DNA from: Myxococcales bacterium
Lineage (GTDB): Bacteria > Myxococcota_A > UBA9042 > JABWCM01 > BTVJ01
Assembly: GCA_045863395.1 (NCBI GenBank)
Contig: BTVJ01000015.1
Location: 1 to 64,000 of the forward strand
Length of the DNA stretch: 64,000 nt
Direction: 5' to 3'
Shown: positions 38,577 to 47,741 of the stretch, one piece after another
Layout of the letters: each line of letters starts with the position of its first letter
How positions within the stretch are numbered: the stretch's first letter is position 1
Position numbers and translations under genes: made by a program
Notes under the pieces: model-generated
What the model was told of the DNA's origin: nothing
Seen by the model: the letters and a program-made list of their open reading frames with translations, nothing else
Database searches by the model: none

Positions 38577-39121
38577 AGGCGATCCTCCTCGCGGCGGGGT
38601 CCGGGCGGCGCATGGGGTGCGACAAGCTCTGGGTGGACATCGGTGGTGAGCCGCTGATCGTCCGGGCCGTGCGCCCCTATGTCGCCGCGGGCCTTCAGGT
38701 GGTGGTGGTGGTTCGGCCGGGGGTGCGGCTTGCCATGGGAGGAGTTCGGACGGTGGAGTGCGAGGACCACGCAGAGGGCATGGGGGCATCCCTGCGCGCG
38801 GGGGTGGAGGCCGTGACGGAGACCGAGGCGTTCGTCATCGGGCTGGGCGACCTCCCGTGGCTTCGGACGGAGACGGTGGTGGGGGCGGTGGAGGCGTGGC
38901 GTCGGGTGGGTGGAGTCGTGGTCCCCACCTTCGACGGGCGGCATGGGCACCCGGTGGTCGTGGCGGGAACGCTGCGGGGCCGCCTCCTGGCGGCGCGCGG
39001 AGACTCCGGGGGGCGTCACCTGAGGGCGGGGGCCCACCTCTGGCAGACCGATGATCCCGGTGTCGTGACCGACGTGGACACGCCGGAAGACCTGGCGCTC
39101 ATGGGCGGGGCCTCCCCATGA
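38573..39121 (+). CDS. Molybdenum cofactor cytidylyltransferase-like (MocA/YgfJ)
   Basis: ILLAAGSGRRMG, GMGASL, LGDLP, GHPV and DVDTPED. GTGA overlap. Confidence 0.88.
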   Translation: MKAILLAAGSGRRMGCDKLWVDIGGEPLIVRAVRPYVAAGLQVVVVVRPGVRLAMGGVRTVECEDHAEGMGASLRAGVEAVTETEAFVIGLGDLPWLRTETVVGAVEAWRRVGGVVVPTFDGRHGHPVVVAGTLRGRLLAARGDSGGRHLRAGAHLWQTDDPGVVTDVDTPEDLALMGGASP

Positions 39122-39918
39122 CCTTGCGCGTGCTCATTCGGGGCGCCGGCGAGCACGCCTCCGCCACCGCCCACCGTCTGCACCGTTGCGGGCTGAGCGT
39201 GGCCATGACGGAGGTCGCCGGACCCACGGCCGTCCGCCGCGCCGTGTCGTTCTGCTCGGCGGTCTGGGACGGAGAGATCGTGGTGGAGGGCGTGCGGGGC
39301 AGGAGGTGGGGGCTCGCAGACGTCTCCGCGCTGGACGCCTTCTCCTTCGAACACATCCCGGTGTTCGTGGATCCGACCGCCACGCTACGAAGGCTGTGGC
39401 GGCCCGACGTGGTGGTGGACGGCCGCATCCTCAAGCGCAACGACGGCGGCTCCATCTCGGACGCGCCCCTCGTGGTCGCCCTGGGCCCGGGCATCGTCGC
39501 CGGGCGAGACGCCCACGTCGTGGTGGAGACCCAGCGGGGGCATGACCTGGGGAGGCTCATCACGAGCGGAGAGGCCACGCCGGACACGGGCACGCCGGGA
39601 GTCATCGGCGGGTTCGGGCACGAGCGGGTCCTGCGCGCGCCGGTGGCAGGGGTCGTGCGCGCCCGCATGGACATCGGTGCCCGGGTGGCTGCGGGGGACG
39701 TGGTGGGGGAGGTGGACGGAGTGCGGGTCTGCGCCACCATCCGTGGGGTGCTGCGGGGCTTCGTGCGCGACGGCCTCATGGTCCCCGCGGGGCTCAAGAT
39801 CGGCGACCTGGACCCGCGGGGCGACGTCGCCGCCTGTGTGACCCTCTCGGACAAGGCGCGGACCATCAGCGGGGGTGTGCTCGAGGCGATCCTGGCCCGC
39901 TTCGGGGGCCGGGAATGA
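39118..39918 (+). CDS. yqeB: Selenium-dependent molybdenum hydroxylase system protein YqeB
   Basis: IRGAGEHASA, AVRRAVSF, ETQRGHDLGR, KIGDLDPR and SDKARTISGGVLEA. Confidence 0.92.
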   Translation: MTLRVLIRGAGEHASATAHRLHRCGLSVAMTEVAGPTAVRRAVSFCSAVWDGEIVVEGVRGRRWGLADVSALDAFSFEHIPVFVDPTATLRRLWRPDVVVDGRILKRNDGGSISDAPLVVALGPGIVAGRDAHVVVETQRGHDLGRLITSGEATPDTGTPGVIGGFGHERVLRAPVAGVVRARMDIGARVAAGDVVGEVDGVRVCATIRGVLRGFVRDGLMVPAGLKIGDLDPRGDVAACVTLSDKARTISGGVLEAILARFGGRE

Positions 39919-40673
39919 CCGGAGCGGGAGACATCCTGGACCTGCTGGGCGCCACCGGCCCTGGCCTCGTGTCGATCATCGGGGGTGGTGGCAAGACCAC
40001 CCTGATGATGGCCATGGCCCGCGCCCATGTCGCTCGGGACCACACCTGCGTCACCACCACCTCCACGCGCATCCGTGAGCCAGCCCCCGGCGACACGGGG
40101 GCGGTGGTGGTCGGGCCGGTGGATGACGTGCTCCCTCGCGCGCTGGCGCTGCTGCGCGCCCGCCAGCACATCACGGTCGCCCGGGAGCGTGAGGTGGCCG
40201 AGGACCGGGTGAAGCTCCGGGGCTTCGCCCTCCCCTGCCTGGACCGCCTGGCTGGGCTGGGTTACGCGACACTCGTGGAGGCAGACGGCTCGGCAGGCCG
40301 CTCACTGAAGGCCCACGACGCGTGGGAGCCCGCAGTGCCCTCAAGGAGCCGCCTCGTCATCTGCGTCGTCGGCGCCGACGGAGTGGGCGCCCCCCTGGAC
40401 GAGGAGCACGTCCACCGCCCCGCGCTCTTTGCGGCTCGGTGCGGCCTCTCCGCCGGAGACGCCACCACACCGGAGGCCATCGCCACCGTGCTCCTCCACC
40501 CGGACGGCCCGCTCCGGGTGGTGTCCCCCAGGGCGCGGGTGGTGGTGGGGATCACCAAGTGGGAGGCACACGCTGCCGGAGCCGCAACCCTCGCGGGGGC
40601 GATCCGGCGCAGGGCGCCGCGCCTCGAGGTGGTGATGCTGCCGAGCCTGCCTCCCCCGGCGCGCGCCCGCTGA
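39915..40673 (+). CDS. yqeC: Selenium cofactor biosynthesis protein YqeC
   Basis: GGGGKTT, TTTST, VEADGSAGRSLKA and EPAVP. Confidence 0.92.
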   Translation: MTGAGDILDLLGATGPGLVSIIGGGGKTTLMMAMARAHVARDHTCVTTTSTRIREPAPGDTGAVVVGPVDDVLPRALALLRARQHITVAREREVAEDRVKLRGFALPCLDRLAGLGYATLVEADGSAGRSLKAHDAWEPAVPSRSRLVICVVGADGVGAPLDEEHVHRPALFAARCGLSAGDATTPEAIATVLLHPDGPLRVVSPRARVVVGITKWEAHAAGAATLAGAIRRRAPRLEVVMLPSLPPPARAR

Positions 40674-40697
40674 CGCCGCCCCCCTGGCAGACGCGGC

Positions 40698-41375
40698 TCA
40701 CAGCGACCGGCCGCCCGTGCCGGGTCCCGTGGACGAGGGCGGAGGTCGCAGGGCGGCGAGGTCCTCTACGAACGTCCGGGCAGGGGTCCCCGCCGGCCCG
40801 CGCAGGCGGGGCGGCGTGTCACGGATCGGGGCGCCGGGTGTCGCGACGCGCAGGACGATGGGCCAGCGGATCGTGCCCCCAGCCGCGCTCGATCTGAACC
40901 GCGTCGCCGCGGCGACGCGCACGATGGCGTTGGTCAGTCCATGGAGCCGGACGGCGTCGTGCTCGACGAGCACCGACTCCACGGCGCCGTCTGGAGCGAC
41001 CTCCAGGCGGAGCACCAGGCGCCCCTCCCTGCTCGGGACCCGCTGGACCCACGGCTGCCAGGCCGCCCGGATCGCGGCGTGGCGACCCGCCAGCGTGCGC
41101 GCGGCCGAGGCGTCGTCGAGCGGAGCCGGGAGGGGCTTGGGGGCCGGAGGCGGGATGCAGGCCACCGTCACGAGGAGCGACCCGTCGGGAAGCCGCACAC
41201 GCGTGACACGGTGCCTCCACCCCTCGAAGGCCCCCGCCGGGAGCCCATGCTGCTTGAACACCTCCGGTGGGAAGTGAACCCACTCGGGGGCGTGCTCCGC
41301 AGGTCCGCGCCCGTCCGCGCCTCCGGACCACCCGACGAGAGCCCGAGCCACTACAACGAATCCTGCCCACTTCAT
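40698..41375 (-). CDS. Secreted protein with AgmX/PglI (TonB-C-like) C-terminal domain
   Basis: GRLVLRLEVAPDGAVESV...RF...IRWPIVL. Start uncertain. Confidence 0.6.
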   Translation of the reverse strand: MKWAGFVVVARALVGWSGGADGRGPAEHAPEWVHFPPEVFKQHGLPAGAFEGWRHRVTRVRLPDGSLLVTVACIPPPAPKPLPAPLDDASAARTLAGRHAAIRAAWQPWVQRVPSREGRLVLRLEVAPDGAVESVLVEHDAVRLHGLTNAIVRVAAATRFRSSAAGGTIRWPIVLRVATPGAPIRDTPPRLRGPAGTPARTFVEDLAALRPPPSSTGPGTGGRSL

Positions 41376-41546
41376 CGCCACAACTCCAGCGTTCCAGTGC
41401 GCCCCCGACAACGCCGGTGGGACGGAGTTTCCTGACGCTTGGATTCCTGGAGTCTGCCGGTGGGCAGGTGGCTGGCAACCGGGCTCAGACACCCGGTTCC
41501 CGGCACCGACTCAGATGCGCCCCCCCGTGTTGGTCCCCCCCCCGGG

Positions 41547-43166
41547 TCAGGGGCAGCCGAGATTCGGGCGCAGAAAGGCCGGCCGCTCCGTCAGGAACCG
41601 CAGGAGGTCGTCGGTGGCCTCGACGAACGCAGCGGCGTCCTCGTTGAGGTCCCGTTCGTCCTCCTGGACGTGGGCGGCGAGGTGCTCCCGGAAGCCGCGG
41701 ACCATGCCCGGCAGCCGCTCCTTCCAGACCGTCGATGCGAAGATCTCGCAGATGCGCGACTTCAGCGCCTTGCGCAGCTCCGGGTCGTTGACCACGAGGT
41801 GGATGAGCATGTTGAAGTAGCTGCTCGTGGGGTAGACAGGGTCCATGCCCTGGCGGAGCGTCCCCGTGTCGTACCACTCATCGACGACCAGCTTGTCGCA
41901 GACGGTGTCGTCGCCTTCGGCGTCATACAGACAGCCAAGCGTCAGGTCGAGGTCCCACGGCACGAAGGCCCACTTCACACCAGCGCCCGAGGGCAGCCGG
42001 GCGACCACGTAGTTCTTCTTCACGTGGTCGTGCCCCTGGATGGCCCCCATCACCGCCAGGTATCCCACGAGGCGGTCTACGTCGGCCTGCTCCCGGAGTC
42101 GCACAGTCTTCGTGTGATCGAGACTCGGCGATTCCTGATAGTCTCCCCACAGGGTCTCCTCTACGAAGGAGCGCAGATCTGAATAGTCGTCGGGGCCGCT
42201 CTGCTTGTCGTAGGCCTCGCGGTACGTCGCGTCGTCGGGGAGCGGGGTCAGCGTCGCGATGCCCTGCTGGGCCATCTTGTTGGGCGGATCCGCGTCGTAG
42301 AGCGGCGCATCCTTCGGGAGACCGCGCGCCTCGAGGAACGGCTCGCCGACCCGCTCCACCTCGGACATGAGGCCGTAGGGTTCCCCGTTGACGGACAGCC
42401 GAACGAAGCGGGTGCGGAACGTCGGCAGCGTCGTCAGGCGGCGGAACGTCTGAGCCGCGAGCGCGTTGCGGAGGTAGGTCGGATCGTTCCACTCCGCGCG
42501 GAGGTTGATCTTCCGCGAGTATCCCGGGTGCGCGGACTTCTTGGGAAACTCGATCCGAAACGACCGCTTCGGCGCGGACAGGCTCGATCCGCCGCGGAGC
42601 CTCACCTGGCCGTCGCCGTAGGTGGTGCCGCCGACCTCGATCACGCAGGGGTAGAGGTCCGTCTTGGACTCGTTGTCCACCAGCGCCTTGAAGTCGGCAG
42701 GAGCGATCAGGAGATTCCACCCTGGTACTGGCGGCAGACACGTCCCGTGGAGGCAGGTCTCGCCAGCTCGGCAGGGCGCGTCGCTCCCGCAGGCGCCACA
42801 CCAGCCGTCGGGGCGACAGGCGTCCAGGTCGCCGCAGTCGTCAACGCCGCCGCAGGGGCCGCATGTGCCCGCGTTGCAGCCGTGGCCGGCCGGGCACTGG
42901 AGTGCGCCCTCCGGGCAAGCGCCGCCCACGGGAGGCGGGCCTGGCGGCTGTGTGGGGCCGGAGTCCGGCGTCCCGCCCGGCGTGTCCAGCGAGCTGGACG
43001 GGCCCCCGCTGTCCGCCGAGTCCCCACCGCCCCCCTCCGGCGCCTCATGGTCGCGTGCCGGAACGCCACAAGCGACACAGAGCGCGAGGACGCTCCCGAA
43101 GAGAGTGGTCGAGCGCCGTGACGGTCCGCTGCCTCGTCGGCGATGGCCCAGGGCACACGGCGCCAT
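41547..43166 (-). CDS. CotH kinase-family lipoprotein
   Basis: RLRGGSS, PKRSFRIEF, NGEPYGL, KKNY and VPWDLDLT. Lipobox-like CVAC and Cys-rich module. Start uncertain. Confidence 0.88.
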   Translation of the reverse strand: MAPCALGHRRRGSGPSRRSTTLFGSVLALCVACGVPARDHEAPEGGGGDSADSGGPSSSLDTPGGTPDSGPTQPPGPPPVGGACPEGALQCPAGHGCNAGTCGPCGGVDDCGDLDACRPDGWCGACGSDAPCRAGETCLHGTCLPPVPGWNLLIAPADFKALVDNESKTDLYPCVIEVGGTTYGDGQVRLRGGSSLSAPKRSFRIEFPKKSAHPGYSRKINLRAEWNDPTYLRNALAAQTFRRLTTLPTFRTRFVRLSVNGEPYGLMSEVERVGEPFLEARGLPKDAPLYDADPPNKMAQQGIATLTPLPDDATYREAYDKQSGPDDYSDLRSFVEETLWGDYQESPSLDHTKTVRLREQADVDRLVGYLAVMGAIQGHDHVKKNYVVARLPSGAGVKWAFVPWDLDLTLGCLYDAEGDDTVCDKLVVDEWYDTGTLRQGMDPVYPTSSYFNMLIHLVVNDPELRKALKSRICEIFASTVWKERLPGMVRGFREHLAAHVQEDERDLNEDAAAFVEATDDLLRFLTERPAFLRPNLGCP

Positions 43167-43481
43167 CACACCCGGGCACTCGGCCTCGGAGAGGTCGGCG
43201 CAGGTCCCAGTCACATCTGCCTTCAACTTTCCACCTGGGGAGGCCCTCAGTTCCAGAGCCGCTCTGGCCCGCGCCGCCATGTGGTCCTCTCTGACGCCCC
43301 GTGGACCCAAGACGCCAATACGAATCGGCGATGACCGAGGCACCCCCGGGGGCGGTGCGAACCCGGGGCGTGCGGCTCGAACACGGGGCAGCAGCGCGCG
43401 GTGACGCAGGCTCGACCCCGGACCGCTGAACCCGTTGGCCCAAGGCCTCTCCGAGCGAGGTCCAGCGACGTCACGCTCCCC

Positions 43482-43931
43482 TCACTGTGCCACCTTGCGC
43501 GCCGTCATCGTGCAGTCTCCGCCGCCGCCGCAGCCTTCGCACTTCGTATCGCTGGTCGTCGTCTCGAACGTGAACTCGCACTCGTGGCAGGACTTGCCGC
43601 CACAGAGCAGCACCGTCTCTCCCATGGAGTCGTCGATCACGATGATGCTGCCCAGCGGGATCTTCACGGCGTTGATGTCCACGCCACTTCCGACCACTCC
43701 GACCTTCGTGGGGGTGAGCTGTACGAGCTTGAATCCCGGGGCAGCGACGAGCGCCTGCCCCTTCGCCGCGAGCTTCGCCTGCTGCAGGGTCGCTTGGACC
43801 GGCTTGACCTTGCCCGCCTTCAGCGGGACCTCGGTGACCACCTTCGGCTTCGGCTTCCCATCCGCAGCCCCGATCAGCGCGCCGCAGAGCGCGATCACGA
43901 CAGCCACTGTGAGCAATCCTCTCGTCGCCAT
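43482..43931 (-). CDS. Small secreted protein with six-Cys C-terminus
   Basis: AGGAGAG RBS, signal peptide and CGGKSCHEC...CEGCGGGGDC. Confidence 0.7.
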   Translation of the reverse strand: MATRGLLTVAVVIALCGALIGAADGKPKPKVVTEVPLKAGKVKPVQATLQQAKLAAKGQALVAAPGFKLVQLTPTKVGVVGSGVDINAVKIPLGSIIVIDDSMGETVLLCGGKSCHECEFTFETTTSDTKCEGCGGGGDCTMTARKVAQ

Positions 43932-43980
43932 GTCTCTCCTCCGAGCGCGTGTGAGTGGAGCGAGCATAGCACTTGGACAC

Positions 43981-44247
43981 GGCGAAGCAAAGACCGCCGA
44001 CTTCGGCCTGTGCGTCCCGTACTTCCTGCTCACCACCGAGGTCCTGCCCCCGCGGTGGACCGCCGGACTGGTCTACCTCGCCGCCGGCGGCCTCGGCGGT
44101 CTGCGCTTCGACGTCGCCACGACCACCGTCACTCTCCGCCGCAGCACGCCGCTCGTGAGGCCGCGGTGCGTGGGGCTCAGCGACGCCCTCTCCGTCTCGA
44201 TCCTCGCCTGCACCATCGCCCGCCCTGGTAGGGCGTCGCCAGAGTGA
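43981..44247 (+). pseudogene. Possible gene remnant (LVIVD-repeat-like fragment)
   Basis: GC3-rich frame without a good start. GLVYLAAGGLGGLRFDV resembles an LVIVD repeat. Confidence 0.3.
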
Positions 44248-44390
44248 TGATGCAATCCGGAGGGTCGAGGCGCCCTGCCAGGCGCTCGGGCCAAGCGCAG
44301 GAGTACTCGGGGTATTTCAAGCCTGGTCCGGGCGTCTGGCGGGGATGGATCGGCCCTCCCGGTTGCATCATCAGTTCGGCGACGACCTAC
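44228..44390 (+). ncRNA. Candidate structured RNA or palindromic element (long rod-like hairpin)
   Basis: Stems 44245-44268/44350-44373, 44273-44296/44321-44344 and 44300-44306/44312-44318. Eight G-U pairs versus one A-C on the + strand. Confidence 0.55.
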
Positions 44391-44573
44391 TGGTGCGGAC
44401 TGGATGCAGCGGCAGGTCTGACGGGCGTCCCAGAGCCCGCGACGCCGTCGCTCCAGGCGGCCCTCGCCGATGGGTCGTAACCGGCGCCCCGTGTACCGCC
44501 GGCTCGTCCTTGCGCTTCCACTCACCATGGCGCTATGACGCACTGTGTCATCGCACTGCACGAGGAGGTCATC

Positions 44574-46136
44574 ATGGACCGGACGGAGATGGCGAGGGTC
44601 GCGCTGTGGCCGCTGGACACCGCGCTGGGGGCTGCTGTCAACGGGCTGGAGCGTGCGGGGCTGCTGGCGCAGGCCTCGGGCACGGCCATGGCAGTCCTGA
44701 GGGGGAGCCTGCGCGCGATGCTGCGGCGCCAGAACGACCTGCTCGTCGAGGGGGCCGAGCACGTCCCGCCCGCGGGGGGCGTGATCTTTGCCTGCAACCA
44801 CCAGAGCTGGCTGGACGTCCAGGTGCTCGGGGCGGCCGCCCCGCGGAGGGTCCACTTCGTCGCCAAGTCCGAGTTCAAGGTGTGGCCGGCGCTCCGGCAC
44901 CTGGTGCGCCTGTCCGAGTCCGTGTTCGTCGACAGGGGCGGGGACGACCGCGCCCTCGCAGGCATCGCCGACGCGCTGCGCCGGGGCCAGGCGGTGGCCA
45001 TCTTCCCCGAGGGGACCATCCCGGGCGAGGAGGACATCCCGCGCACCGCCGTCGACCCGCGGACGGGGCTCCTGCGGGGGCACAGCGGGGTCGCGCGGCT
45101 GGCCATCGAGGCTGGGGTTCCCATCGTGCCCGTCGGCGTGTCGGGGACGGGGCGGGCGTTTCCACCGGAGGTCTACCCGCGACTGGAGCTCCTGCGCCTC
45201 CCCGCATCGACGCCCGTGCGCATCCGCTTCGGAGAGCCCATCCGCCCGGCATGGTGGAGCGGTCGCCCCGCTGGGCGCCCCCTGGCTCGGGAGCTGACCG
45301 ATCACGTCATGGAGCGCATCAGCGCGCTGGTGGACCATCGGGTGAGCTACGTGCCCATGGAGCTGCCGTTGCGGCCGGTGCCCCGCCACGACCGCATCGG
45401 CGTTCTGCTGCTGCACGGGTTCACCTCGGACGTCGCGGCGGTCGACGGCCTGCTCCCGCACCTCCGCGCGGCGAACATCGACGTGGAGCGTCCCGTGCTC
45501 CGCGGGCACGGCACCCACCACCTGGACCTGCGCGGGGTGACCGCAGCGCACTGGGTCACCGACGCGGAGCGGGCGATGGTGGCGTTGGCGAACAGAGTGG
45601 ACCGGGTGGTGGTCGTCGGCCTCTCCATGGGTGGCCTCGTCGCCCTGGAGCTGGCCCGGCGACACCCGCTGACCATCGCCGGCGTCGTCACCGTGGCCGC
45701 CGCCCTGCGCTTCGCGGATCCGCTCACCCCCATGGCGCCCCTCCTGGCGCGCCTGTTCCGCACCTGGCCGAGCCCCCGCGCCTTCAACGACCCGTCTCTG
45801 GCGGCGCACAGCCGCAACTACCCCCGGTTCGCGACGGACGCCTTCGCCTCGCTCCTCGCCTTCTCCCGCGAGGTGGAGTCGCGCCTCGGCGAGGTCCACG
45901 TCCCCATCCGGGTGCTCCAGAGCCGGAGGGACACCGTGATCGCGCCGGTCTCCGCCAACCTGGTCTACGAGAAGGTCGGCTCCGCCCACCGCGAGCTCCT
46001 GTGGTACGAGCAGAGCGGCCACGAGATGATGCAGGACCTGGAGGCGGACCAGGTCTTCGGGGACATCATGGACTTCGTGCTGCGGTTCCCGGCCCCACGC
46101 CACGACGCGCGCTCCCGGCGACGCCCCGCGGCCTGA
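44574..46136 (+). CDS. PlsC-type acyltransferase fused to an alpha/beta-hydrolase (carboxylesterase)
   Basis: NHQSWLD, FVAK and FPEGT, then LLHGFT, GLSMGG, D and SGH. AGGAGG RBS. Confidence 0.9.
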   Translation: MDRTEMARVALWPLDTALGAAVNGLERAGLLAQASGTAMAVLRGSLRAMLRRQNDLLVEGAEHVPPAGGVIFACNHQSWLDVQVLGAAAPRRVHFVAKSEFKVWPALRHLVRLSESVFVDRGGDDRALAGIADALRRGQAVAIFPEGTIPGEEDIPRTAVDPRTGLLRGHSGVARLAIEAGVPIVPVGVSGTGRAFPPEVYPRLELLRLPASTPVRIRFGEPIRPAWWSGRPAGRPLARELTDHVMERISALVDHRVSYVPMELPLRPVPRHDRIGVLLLHGFTSDVAAVDGLLPHLRAANIDVERPVLRGHGTHHLDLRGVTAAHWVTDAERAMVALANRVDRVVVVGLSMGGLVALELARRHPLTIAGVVTVAAALRFADPLTPMAPLLARLFRTWPSPRAFNDPSLAAHSRNYPRFATDAFASLLAFSREVESRLGEVHVPIRVLQSRRDTVIAPVSANLVYEKVGSAHRELLWYEQSGHEMMQDLEADQVFGDIMDFVLRFPAPRHDARSRRRPAA

Positions 46137-46181
46137 CGGCGGGCAACGCGAGCACTCCGAGGGGCCTCCCCCGGGGGGCAG

Positions 46182-47741
46182 TCACAGCACGAGGCGCCTC
46201 TCCGGGCTCCGGGTCTCGCCGGCGGCGACCACACGGACGGCCGGGGCCGCTACCGGGCACACCCACTCGCAGGTGCCGCAGCCGATGCACCGGGCGACGT
46301 CCACGTGAGGCACCAGGAGGTCGAGCGGGGGCGCGTCGCGCCGGGGTGCGGAGGCGAGCTCGAGCCAGATGGCCTTGGGCGACGTGGGGCAGTGCTCCTC
46401 GCACTTGCTGCACGGGGTGGCCGCCGCCCAGGGGAGGCAGCTCCCCCGGTCATGGAAGGCGGTGCCCATGCGGAGGGGCCCGTCGGAGGAGCCCCGGCGG
46501 TCCGCGAGGGTGAAGCGCGCGATGGCGCCGGTGGGGCAGACCCGCCCGCACACGTCGCAGTCTGGGTCGCAGTGCCCGAGGCTGAAGTCGGCCTTGGGCG
46601 TCCAGAGCCCGTCGAGGCCCGCCTCCAGCCAGGTCGGGGCGAGGACGCGCGTCGGGCAGGCCTTCACACACGCGCCGCACTTGACGCAGGCCGCGACGAA
46701 GGCGGGCTCGGCGAGGGCACCGGGCGGGCGGATGAGCGAGGGGACGGCGTGCTTGGCGGCGGCGCCCTGGCGCGAGCTGCGGGGATCGGAGCGGACGGCC
46801 AAGACCGCGGCGGCGCCAGCCCCGAGCGACAGGAGCGCGCTGCGGCGCCCGACGTCCACCAGGGCGCGCGAGCCCTCCGAGGGCGGCAGCCAGCGCACGG
46901 TGATCGCCTGGTGGGGGCAGATGGCGGTGCAGTTGAGGCACAGGACGCACTCCGACGCGAGCAGGGTCTCCTGCGGCTCGGCGGCGCCAGCACACACGGC
47001 CTGGCAGAGGTTGCAGCCGTTGCAGCGCTCGGGGTCCCGGTGGATGCGCAGCAGACTGAAGCGCGCCAGGAGGCCGAGCAGCGCGCCGAGCGGGCACAGG
47101 GCGCGGCAGAACCAGCGCGGGTGGGCGACGTTGGCGATGAGGACGGCCAGCAGCAGGAGACCCAGCAGCCAGCCCATGGGATATGCTCCGCTGGGGAACC
47201 ACACGGTGGCGCCAGGCGCGAACCCCACGGCGAGGCTCCTCCACAGGAGCGCGATGGGGTCCAGGAGCCCGGCCGCGTTGACCCCCAGGGCCGCGGCGAG
47301 CAGCAGGCCCGCGAGGACCAGATACTTCGACCGGTAGGCTGGGCGCCAGGCGTTGCGCGCCTGCTCGGCTGGTGCGGACCGGCGCGCGCGGAACATACGC
47401 CCCACCAGCGTGTTGAGCGCCCCGAGGGGGCAGAGCCAGGAGCAGAACACGCGGCCCAGCACGAGCGTGAGCAGCACGACGCAGAGCGCCAGGGCGAGGT
47501 CCGCGTAGAGGGTGCCGGTGGCGAGCGCCGTAGACAGGGCGACCAGCGGGTCCAGACGCAGCCAGACGGTGAGCGGTACGCCGGCGACGAAGGGCTCCAG
47601 GGTCAGGGCCAGCAGCGCAATGAAGGCGAGGAGCGTGGCGGACTGCCAGAGGACGCGCAGGGACCGCGCCGCGGCCCCGGGGCCACGCCATCGGATCCAG
47701 GCCGGCAGCGCCGTGGCCGCGCGCCCCAGGCGCCCCCTCAC
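46182..47741 (-). CDS. Membrane polyferredoxin (NapH/MauN plus NapG/MauM-like fusion)
   Basis: TM helices, FCSWLCPLG, FCRALCPLG, IRPPGA and several CxxCxxCxxxCP motifs. Confidence 0.9.
   Translation of the reverse strand: MRGRLGRAATALPAWIRWRGPGAAARSLRVLWQSATLLAFIALLALTLEPFVAGVPLTVWLRLDPLVALSTALATGTLYADLALALCVVLLTLVLGRVFCSWLCPLGALNTLVGRMFRARRSAPAEQARNAWRPAYRSKYLVLAGLLLAAALGVNAAGLLDPIALLWRSLAVGFAPGATVWFPSGAYPMGWLLGLLLLAVLIANVAHPRWFCRALCPLGALLGLLARFSLLRIHRDPERCNGCNLCQAVCAGAAEPQETLLASECVLCLNCTAICPHQAITVRWLPPSEGSRALVDVGRRSALLSLGAGAAAVLAVRSDPRSSRQGAAAKHAVPSLIRPPGALAEPAFVAACVKCGACVKACPTRVLAPTWLEAGLDGLWTPKADFSLGHCDPDCDVCGRVCPTGAIARFTLADRRGSSDGPLRMGTAFHDRGSCLPWAAATPCSKCEEHCPTSPKAIWLELASAPRRDAPPLDLLVPHVDVARCIGCGTCEWVCPVAAPAVRVVAAGETRSPERRLVL

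Noticed and set aside
44234..44384. Hairpin as an integron attC site, 6S RNA or SRP RNA
   Set aside because: GTTCGGC is present, but the matching RYYYAAC box is not (GCCAGAG) and there is no integrase. There is no large central bubble as in 6S and no SRP helix-8 motif.
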